62,288 bases of DNA from Geosiphon pyriformis uo1 (Eukaryota > Fungi > Glomeromycota): positions 1 to 62,288 of the forward strand of contig JAAOMT010000104.1 of NCBI GenBank assembly GCA_016748015.1, in the 5' to 3' direction. Positions 42,325 to 52,700 of the stretch are shown here, piece by piece. Below the pieces are notes generated by a model. The model did no database searches. It saw only the letters and a program-made list of their open reading frames with translations, and was not told where the DNA came from. Every line of letters starts with the position of its first letter. The first letter of the stretch is position 1. The position numbers and the translations under genes are program-made.

Positions 42325-42969
42325 ACTACAAACATGTATATATACAGTAGTTTTAATATTGGGAAAAAAACAATCAAGTAATAAAAATCATAACTTATCA
42401 AGCAATAGATCCAATTTTATCTAACAAACTCCACTTTAAATCATACTTTCAAATTAAATATCCCAAGAAATCTTTAAATCAAAAAGAAATGAAAAAGAAT
42501 ATTTAAAACTGAATTATTACAACCCAAAGTATTAAGAAACTTACTTGTATTATTTATTGAATAAAACTATTATTCATCAACTGAATCTCTTGGAAGAATA
42601 ATCCTTGATCAAGATTATTTATGTTGTTACTAATTGATAAAAGTTTTATTGTAAAAATTAGAAAAAGAGCTAAAGACCATTAACATTCTGTGTTTCTAGA
42701 TTAGAAAAACACATCAAGCAATTACAAGGATAGCCTTAGAGAAGACCCCAGACAGTGGGTAAATTTCAGTTCAGCCTCTGAGAAGGAGTACATAAACACA
42801 CACAACAATCAGGAATTGAAGAATAACTTACATCACAACATTAAAAAGAAAGCCTTCAGTATAACAGTAATATTATCACACAAATAGAATTGAGGAACTC
42901 ATGAAAGACTGATTGCAATTAAAACGGGACATCAGCAATTAAATATAACAAAAAAACCATCCCGTAACA
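42325..42969 (+). repeat. 3' LTR of W (visible part)
   Basis: Matches the 5' LTR and the solo LTR 16382-17249. Confidence 0.93.
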
Positions 42970-45900
42970 CCGGCTGGTATAACTATGACATCTCCTGTGT
43001 TATTGTAGATGGGAATTTTGATGTGGCTGTAATCTTTGGCTGGTATATGAAGATTGATGAGTCCAATCTCTCCTGATTCACAAAGGGTTGATTCTGCTTC
43101 AAAAATCTGATTCTGTTCTTTTACTTCTCATTTTATTCTTATCATGTACTGGCCATATGGTGGAATAGAAATTGCTTGACCTGTTGAGATAATTTCTCCT
43201 TGGTTAATAATTTCTTCTTCTGTTATATTGACTGGTACATCTACTCTACCTGTTGATCCAAATCCCTGTATTCTTTTTGCTGTTATTCCTAACTTTTTTT
43301 TCTTTCCCACTGATACTAACTGAGCTACTCTAATCAAAGGCAGGAATATTGCCTGTGCTATCTTTTTGTTGAGCTCTATTATATAGGTCTTTTCTGAGTC
43401 ATTTTGTAGCATAACAATGATATTTTCTACATATCTTGTGGCAATTATTTCTTTTCTTATATTAATCTTTTTTTTCGCTAGACTACTTCTAAATGCCAAT
43501 TGAACTATTGTTGTTGCCAGAATTTCCAGTGCTATTTTCAAATCAATGCAGGTGCATGAATGTGACTCCAATTTGATGACATCTTTTCCTGAATATCTCA
43601 GATCATACTTGGCATTAGTATCATGTGCACGTTCTAGCATAATACCTTTATTATTATCACTGAACCATTTAAGTTCTTGTTTCTTGGTGAGCTCAAGAAG
43701 TGCAATATATTGTTCATAGTTTGGATCGGAGTTTAAATCTGAGTTGGAATCATTGTTATTGCTTTCACCATATTAGACAGAGCTGGAACCAGTGTTTTCG
43801 TCATCATTATTATCGGAGTTTGAATCATAATTAAAAGTCGATTCTGATTTTGATATACAGCTGCTGATTGGTTCCTCTTTCTTTGGGATTGTGTAGATCA
43901 TGTGTGGTGGTGGATTGTAGATAAGATCACACTTATTACAATACTAAAAGTCACATGGGATTAAGCAATGTTGACATAATCGAGTGTTCAACTGCTTTAA
44001 ATATTGCTCTTGTTTTTCCCTAGTAGGTGCCAAATACTGGTAATGTTCATAAAATTCTTCGGAGCCATTCTCAATGTTGCCCAAGATGTCAACAGTTTGA
44101 ACATATTTGGGTTCGGGAAGCAATAGAAAATTATTTTTTATCTTTAGTAGTTTACTGGTTGTCACGCCTTCTGTTTTTGCATATGCCATTCTCCATAGTT
44201 CATCTTCATTGTGGGGATATCCTTCCAATTGTCACAATGCTTGTTTCCAGGTGTTGTCGATTGGTGTTTCTTTGCTTACCCAATTGTTTATCAGTATTGT
44301 GTACTGACATGTCTCGTTGCATGTTCCTCCATGCTCAGGAATGTCACTCCATATTTCTTTGTCCAGTAGAATAGTTCCACATGTGAGACATGGTTGGTTA
44401 TCCCACTTTCCTTGTCGTTTTGGTCATCCAAAGTGCTTTATGATACATGGGTGGCAGTAAAATCTTGTGGTCATGGAGTATTCCTTGTTGTTACCACAGC
44501 ATGCATCCATTGACAACAATTTCTTGCCGCAATTGATGCATTCCAATTTTGGTCGATAATAATTGGTTGGTGATGAAGTGTACACATCTGAACTATAAGT
44601 GCTGCTGGTAAGTGTGGTTCCTTTTTTTTTCTCCTTTCTCTTTTTCTTATCAGTTTCTTCCCACTCCCAATTGGCTGGTTTGTCTTGGTCGTTATCAGTT
44701 TCTCAGTTTTGGTTAGTTTTCCAGGTAAGTTCTTTGTTTTTCTTCCCTTTTCCCTTATCATCTCAAAAAAGTATTAGTGGTAGCTTATTGTGGTCTTCAT
44801 TAGCCCATGAGATTTGGTAGGCTTCCCAGGTTGGTTTCTTTGTTTCTTCCTTGAACTCGATGAGCAGTTGGGCATTGCTTGGCTTAAAGTGGCCACAAGT
44901 AGCTGGTGTTCGAGTATGCTGACCACCAAAGATTAATTGTAGTTCTTGAGTAGTCCAATCAAGGGTAGCATGGGTTTTTGACAACCAATTGTTGTCTACC
45001 AGAGCCTGGTATTGTGTGGCTTTCATTACAAAGACCTTAATGAGTACTGTGATGCTGTTAATTTCGATAGGTAGGTTGTCTATTTCACCTATTGGAGTTT
45101 TGGTTGCTTCATCCACTGTGATGATTCTTGTACTGGCAGTTCGGTCAACTTGGTGACCTAATTGATTCATGAGTTGCCTTGTTATGATGTTGCCAGCTGA
45201 TCCACTATCTAAGATCAGTTTGATGGTGTGGCCATCAATTTTGGCATCCATATACATGGTGGTGATTAGCTTCTCTTTCAAAGCTGCTCTACTAAATAAT
45301 AGAATTTTGATCATTTTCTCCAAGTCAAAAGGAAAGATGGCCACAAGCAATTTGTCATTGGTGACAGTTGCTGGTGGAATGTTGTTGGTAAGTGCTTGTT
45401 GTTAGTTGAATCCTAAATTGTTGATGATGTCATCTTCTGGGATAACCAGGAGACTTAAATAGTTCTGGGAATTCGGGTTTTGGGTGGCACTAGTACCCGA
45501 ATTCTGAGAACGTGATCTTGATGGTGAATTAAAAGAACTAGGGATCAGTTGGTGAACAACCATTGCCAATCTCCAGTTTTGTGTTATTCTAGATCTGGGG
45601 TGGCCTGATGTTATATTAACTGAATTTTGGAGTGGTGTCTGAATTGATTGGGGTTGATAGATTACTTGTGGCTGTGGTTAATATATTACGGGTGGCTGCA
45701 GTTAATATATTGCTGGTGGCTGTGGTTAATAAACTGGAGTCTGATATACTGGTGCTTGGTAAATTGGCTGCGGCATCATTGGCAGGTAAGTATTTTGATA
45801 TTGTTCCTGATTTTGTTTATATCTTGGAGTTTAAAATTGGCAATTGGGGTTTCTATATTGATTTCCCAATCGCTGATAGTTATAAGCATTGCAGTTTGCT

Positions 45901-47657
45901 TTGATGTGTTTTTGTTTACCACAGTTGTGGCAAACACGCGTCTCTGGCTGTCACTGCTGATTGGCCAATATTGAAAGACATACTTGATTTTGGGAACGAT
46001 TGTAGTTTCCTGAATTGCTGTGTTGTTGAGGTGGTTAATAGATTGTGTGATTGTTAGCTAAATATTTTTCTAATTTCTGATTAATTGAATTACTGAATTG
46101 TTTCAATTTGGAGTCCAATTCAGATGATCTGTTCATCACTAGATTAATGGCTTGGGCATGGTTGGCCTTGGACTCAGCTGATTCAAAATCTCTGGCGTGT
46201 GTGACTGCATTTTGAAGGGTGTCTGGATGTAACAGGCATACATGTTGTAAAATGCTGCTGCGCAGGCCATAGATAAACTGGTTGAAGATCTGTGGCGCTG
46301 TGAAATAGTTGGTGTTAATTGCCTGGATCTGGTGCAGATTTCTATGGAAGCATCCCAGGTAAGTGGTGACTGTTTTAATTTCTCTTTGCTTCATAGTGGT
46401 GAATGTATTGATTAGGCGGTTGATACTATTATTGTTACTGAAGTATCTTAAAAATTCCATTTTGAAGGCATTGAAGTCTTGTGGTTTATTGATCAAGCTC
46501 TGATACTATGAATTGGTAGTATCTTTGAAAAAATAGAAAATGACTTGCATTGCTCGGGCGTCATTCCATCTGTTGGCTGTGATGGCTTTTTTCACATTAT
46601 TTAGCCATACTTGAGCATCGTCCTCTTTGCCAGTGAAATTATCCAGTTTTGCGATTGGTACATAGACTATTGGATCTAAGTTGGGTGGTTGTGGTGGCTG
46701 TTGAGGTGGTTGTTGATTTTGTTGAGATGGTAGTTGAAGTGGCTGCTGTATGGGTTCGGCTATTAGATTAATTGGTAGTTGATCGATAACAATTACTGGA
46801 GATAAGTTTGGTTGATTAATTAGATCAGAGTTTCAATTATCCTGAGTTGGCAGTGTTTGAATATTCAGAGTTTCAACTTCCGAATTTACTAAATTTAAAT
46901 TTTGCTGGTTCTGAAAATTCGGGGTTTCAAATTCTGGGTTTTCAATGATCAGATTCTGGTAAGTGAATTCTTGATCCTCAGTTTTTTCTTCTTCCTCTTC
47001 TTCTGATTTTATTACTTCCCACGGATCAGAGATTCCAAAATGTGGTGAAGGTGGCAGTGATCAAATTCCTGATGGCGTTGGTAATCATGATTTAAATCCC
47101 TCAAAATATTCACCATATGGTCCTAATAACTCTGCTTTCTTTTGTTTACTTTGGAATGGGAATTGTTCAAATGTTGATGTCGTGTTTGATGTGGATGTGC
47201 CTGTAGATGAAATATTGATAGTGCTTTTGGGTGTGTGATGATATGATGGATATGGTAGGAATTCAATTCTTTGTTTCTTTCAGGTTGGTAGTTATATCTC
47301 TTTAAGTGTTATTGCTGATATTTGTAACCTCTTTTTGTCTTTATTTGTGTAGATAATAGGAAATTGTTGTTGAGTGTACCTTTTAATAATTTGGTTGATT
47401 TTTCTGATTATTGGTGCAAAACTATAGTTCCTTGGTAAGTTGGTGTGTTGGAATAATTTGGTGTAAAAGTTTTCTCTTGCTGCTTTAATGTTAACTGTTC
47501 CTTCTAAGCATTCAGTGATTTTGTTATTAACATAGAAGTTGAAGGCTGATTCGGCTGGGTAATGATTACTGTTTAATCCTAATTGTTGGCTGTATTGTTA
47601 AAACAATGATTTTGTGAATCCTAAATGGTTTACTCCTATATTTTCTGATTCTGCCAC
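42970..47657 (-). pseudogene. Z ORF1 5' part: N-extension, Gag, protease, Cys-rich, dUTPase
   Basis: ORFs 46035-46496, 44763-45350 (ILDSGSAG), 43944-44228 and 43128-43640 (GFGSTG) share one frame with the GTG at 47657. Confidence 0.92.
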
Positions 47658-47719
47658 TTTCAGTTTGTTCTTGTTGGTGCTAGTTCTCTGTAGGATTATA
47701 TCTCACAAAGAGCACCAAA

Positions 47720-48591
47720 TGTTATAAATAATTCTTTGTGGTGTCAAGTAAATAACAAATATGTAACTTGGTGCACAAAGTGATTGGTAATGATAATAAT
47801 CTGAAGGTATTTTATCTGAAAGTTTTCAATCGAGTTCTTTGTATAATGAACAGAGATTTAATAGTAATAGTCTATCAGTAGTTTCTTGAAACCGTAGTTT
47901 TATTGATTACTTGTTTAGCTTGATGGTTGATGATTTTTCTGGTATAATATCCTCCGTAAGTGTATATTAGTGCTGTTTCCTGATGTCAGTTTCTCTGTAA
48001 GTCCTTCAAGAGTAAGTATTTTTTAAGTAAGTTTATTCCTCCGTAAGTCTTCCAAGAGTAAATCTTTTAATCAAGTTAGTAGACAACAAAGAAAATAAAG
48101 AAAGATAAAAAAGAAAAATAAGAAATAAGCCAAGGCAATTTGCAAGTTAGTATCCCGTCAATAGCCGTAATCAAGAACTATTGTTCCAGTATGATTAAGT
48201 ATCAGTTACTATCAACACTTCATGTTGATAGTAAAAAGTGAATTTAATATAGTGAATAATTATTTATTTGAGGATTGTGGTAACTAAGCTAAGAATTCTT
48301 GGTGTCTTTTTCTGCTTCTAATGCTACTGCTATATATACATATTTGAGATTCCTCAATTTCTCAATTCCTTGCAACAAGAATCCTGAAATTTCTGGAATC
48401 CTGCGATTCTTGCTGAGAGGAATCCTGGAATTCTGGAATCCTGCAATTCTTTGTTAAAGAATCCTGAAATTCCTAGAATCCTGCAATTTTTCTGAGAGGA
48501 ATCTTGGAATTCCACATTTACTATGTCTACACCTGATTGGCTAATATCTACTGACTAATAATACTATATTTCCTATATTTTATGAGTAACA
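47720..48591 (-). repeat. 5' LTR of Z
   Basis: Adjacent to the PBS; direct repeat of 29106-29962. Confidence 0.95.
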
Positions 48592-48800
48592 ATGTCTTGG
48601 CTTATTTTTTTTTCTTTATTTTCTTTTTTTCTTTTTTTTTTGATTTTATCATTGATTATTAATTGACTAAAGATTAAAACATTAAGTTATTGACACCAAA
48701 GATAGCCTGATAAAAGACCCCAAAAGAAGGGTATAGGAATTGGGTACTTAAGGATAGCTTACCAGAAGAGCATCTCTGCCAAGTTTACCAGCCACCATGC

Positions 48801-49713
48801 TGTTACTTATAGAATATAAGAAATATAGTATTATTAATCAGTAGATATTAGCCAATCAGAGGTAGACATAGTAAATGTGGAATTTCAGAATTCCTCTCAG
48901 AGGAATTACAGGATTCCAGGAATTTCAGAATTCCCCGACGAGGAATTGCAGGATTTCAGAATTCTAGGATTTCTCTTATCAGGAATTGCAGGATTCCAGG
49001 AATTGCAGAATTCCAGGAATTTCAGAATTCCTGTCACAAAGAATTGAGGAATTGAGGAATCTCAATTATGTATATATAGCAGTAGGATTAGAAGCTGAAA
49101 AGACAGACCTCTTAGTTTAGATTTAATCTAAGCAACATTCCAGTTCCCAATCATCAAATAAATAATTATTTCATATCTCAACCCACTCTCCACTATCAAC
49201 ACTTCATGTTAATAGTAATTGATACTTAACTATGCTGGAACAATAGCTCTTGATCACGGCTATTGACAGGATATTAACATACCAAATTGGCTTGGCTTAT
49301 TGTTTTTATTTCTCTTTATTTTCTTTTCTTTATTTTATTTTATTTTCTTTCTTTCTTTGATTTTGTTGTTGTATACTAATTGATTAAAAGATTAAGCACT
49401 AAGTTATTGATATCAAGGATAGTCTGGTAAAAGACCCAGAAATAAGGGTAGAATTTTGTATATTATTGTATAACTTACCAGAAGAACATGACTGCCAGAC
49501 TAAATCCGGCCACCACGCTAAGAAAAAAATTGGGAAAACTCTTGGAAAGATACATCTACTATTGACATTATTGAATCTCTATCCATTATACAAAGAATTC
49601 TATCAAAACCTTCAGATACAACACTTGCAGAATCTTATCAATGGAAGTAGCTTTTGAGTACCAAGTTACGGGTTTGTTATTTAATTCAACAGCAGAAATA
49701 ATCACCTATAACA
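48801..49713 (+). repeat. 5' LTR of X with GGAATT(C/G)CA array (~48879-49062) and TATATATAG at 49071
   Basis: Direct repeat of 58103-58988. Confidence 0.96.
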
Positions 49714-49715
49714 TT

Positions 49716-49732
49716 TGGTGCTTTCTGTGAGG
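49716..49732 (+). promoter_or_regulatory. Primer-binding site, elongator tRNA-Met-like
   Basis: TGGTGCTTTCTGTGAGG, 2 nt after the LTR; resembles the complement of the eukaryotic elongator tRNA-Met 3' end (TGGTGCCCCGTGTGAGG). Confidence 0.75.
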
Positions 49733-49775
49733 TATAATCCTACAGAGAACCAGCACCAACAACACCAAACCAAAA

Positions 49776-52700
49776 GTGGCAGAATCAGAAAATATAGGAG
49801 CAAACCATTTAAGATTTGCAAAATCCTTATTTCAACATTATTGTCAATACTTGGGATTAAACCACAATCATATATTCACCAAATTAGCCTTCAATTTTTA
49901 TGTCAATGAAAAGATTTTCTCTTTATTAGGAATGCCAGTGAATACTAAATCAGCAAGAGAAACTTTCTATAAGGAATTAATTCAAAACACCAACCTACCA
50001 ACAAATCATAATTTTGCATTCATTATTACTGAGATCAACAAAGAAATTGAACACCACACTCAACAAAGATATCCAATTACATATGCTAGTAAAGACAAGG
50101 GAAAATTACAAACACCAGCAGTAACACACAGAAAAATACAGCCACTTACTTGGAAAAAAAACAGAATTGAATTCCCAAGCAATCCATTCTACCACTATAC
50201 ACCTGAAAGCACCATCAATATATCATCAACAGACGTGTTCCCATCAACTGCAACATTAACATTTGGACGATTCCCATTCCAAAGTAGACAAAAGAAAACA
50301 GAATTATTAGGACCATACGACGAATACTTTGAGGGATTTAATTCACAATCATCAATCCCATCAGGACTTCAATTACCACCACCTCCACCAGATTTCAGAA
50401 TCTCTGATCCATGGAAAGCAGCAGAATCAGAAAAAGAGGAAAAAGAATTAGAGGATCAAGAATTCACTTATCAGCACCCAATCACTGAAAACCTGGAAGT
50501 TGAAACCCCAAATTTTCAAACTTAGCAAAATTTAAATCTAGAAAATTTGGAAATTGAAACTCCGAATCATCAAAGGCAGAACAATCCAAACCCCGAATTA
50601 ATTAATCAGCAAAACTTACCTTCAGTAATTGTCATCAATCAACTGCCGATTAATTCCATAGCCGAACTCATACAACAGCCACTTCAACTACCGCCCCAAC
50701 AACCAGTACAACAACAACTGCTTCAACAGCCACCACAACCACCTAACTTAGATCCAATGGCCTACACACCAATTGCAAAACTTGACAACTTTACCAGCAA
50801 AGAGGATAACGCTCAAGTATGGCTGAATAATGTAGAAAAACCCATCACAGCCAACAGATGGAATAATGCCCAAGCAATACAAGCCATTCCTTACTTTCTT
50901 AAGGATACCGCCAATTCATGGTATTAGAGCTTGATTAATAAACCACAAGATTTCAATGTCTTCAAAGTAGAATTCCTAAGATACTTCAGCAACAATAACA
51001 GTATCAATCACCTAATCAATACATTCACCACCATGAAATAAGGAGAAACTGAAGCAGTCATCACTTACCTGGGATGCTTCCATTGAAACCTGTGCCAAAT
51101 TCAAGCAATTGACACCAACTATTTTACAGCATCACAGATACTCAACTAGTTTATTCGTGGCCTGTGCAGCAGTATCTTGCAACATGTACGTTTGTTGCAT
51201 CCAGACACACTTCAAGACGCAGTTACATGCGCCAGAGATTTTAAATTCACTGAGTCAGAGGCTAACTATGTCCAAGCCATTAATCTAGTAATAAATGAAT
51301 CATCTGAATTAGATTCCAAATTGAAAAAGTTCAGTGAGTCAATTAATAAGAGATTAGAAGGATACTTAGCTGACAATCACATCATTTATCAGCCTCCACA
51401 ACGATGCAATAATCAAGGAAACTCTAATTGTGCCCAAAATCAACTATGTCCATCTTCATTGACCAATCAACAATGGTAACAAGAAATACATATCTGCCAC
51501 TATTGTGGTAAACAAGGACATATCCAAATTGACTGTTGTCAGCGTTTAAATAACCAATGATCAGGAAATCAATATCAAAACCCCGATTGCCAATTCCAAA
51601 CCTTAAATCAGTACTCAATTCAAAACTAACCCACTTACCTACCAGTAACACAGTCATCAATCTATCAGTTTCTGGTGTATCAAGCTCCAATCTATTAACC
51701 GCAGTCACAAGTAATTTATCAACAACTGCAGCCACAAATAATCTATCAACTCCAACAAATCCAAACACTGCCCCAAAGCTTACCACCCAACGGAACCCAA
51801 AGACTGAGAATGACTCAACAGAGCTGGAGATTGGTGATAGTAGTCCATCAACCAATCCCCAGTTTTTCACAGCAACCATCTGGATTATGCCAGTGAAATT
51901 TGGGTACTGGTCAACCCCAGAACTCAAATTTCTAGAACTATTTAAGTCTCCTGGTTACTCCAGAAGACACCATACCCAACAATCAGGAACTCAGACAAAC
52001 ATCTACCAGCAACATTTCACCTGCCACAATCACGGAAGATGAATCTCTGAACACCATTTTTCCATTCGAACTCGAGGAACCATCAACCACGCCATTATTC
52101 AGTAGAGCTGCACTAAAAGAAAAGCCAATTACCACCATGTACACTGATGTGAAAATTGATGGCCATCCCATCAAACTAATTCTTGACAATGGTTCAGCAG
52201 ACAGCATCATCACATGACAACTCATAAATCAATTAGGTCACCGAGTTGATTGAACTGCTAATGCCAGAATCATTATGGCTGATGAAGCAACCAAGACTCC
52301 AATCGGTGAAATTGATGACTTACCAATCAAAATTAATGGCATCATAGTACCAATCAAAGTACTCATCATGGAAGCCACCCAATATTAAGCTCTAGTTGGT
52401 AATGACTAGCTGTTCAAGACAAATGCCACTCTGGACTGGAATACCCAAGAGCTTCAACTCAGCCAGAATGGGCAACACACGCGAGTACCAGCAACATGTG
52501 GCCACTTTAAGGCTACTAACACCACAGCACTACTCATCGACTTCAAGGAAGAGAAACCAAAACCTACTTGGGAAGCCTACCAAGTGTTATGGACTGACAA
52601 AGAGCACAACGAACTGCCACCAATACTCTCTTGGGATGACAACAGGAAAGAAAAGCAAACAAATGAACTTACCTGGGAAACCGATAATCTGACTTGGATT

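Larger units (their letters stand above)
33662..42969 (+). mobile_element. Full-length Ty3/gypsy W, least decayed copy, inserted in Z pol
   Basis: LTRs 33662-34232 and (gap)-42969, TSD TCAG/CCGG, PBS TGGTGAACCCTATGAG 34235-34250. Confidence 0.95.
29106..48591 (-). mobile_element. Full-length Ty3/gypsy Z (contains W)
   Basis: LTRs 29106-29962 and 47720-48591, TSD ATGT/ATGT, PBS TGGTGCTCTTTGTGAGA 47701-47717, PPT AAAAGGAGGGAATAA 29963-29977. Confidence 0.95.

Noticed and set aside
41520-42401. 270-aa ORFs spanning the N run
   Set aside because: Artefacts of the assembly gap; only the first 21 codons at 41520 are informative.
48879-49062. GGAATTCCA array as canonical heat-shock elements
   Set aside because: Only occasional TTCnnGAA spacing; the ~9-bp period does not give contiguous nGAAnnTTCnnGAAn triplets.
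51424-52042. Ser/Thr-rich and antisense ORFs (51557-52042, 51424-51927) and other short antisense ORFs as genes
   Set aside because: Shadow frames of the Gln/Pro/Tyr-rich gag tail and of pol; no independent motifs.
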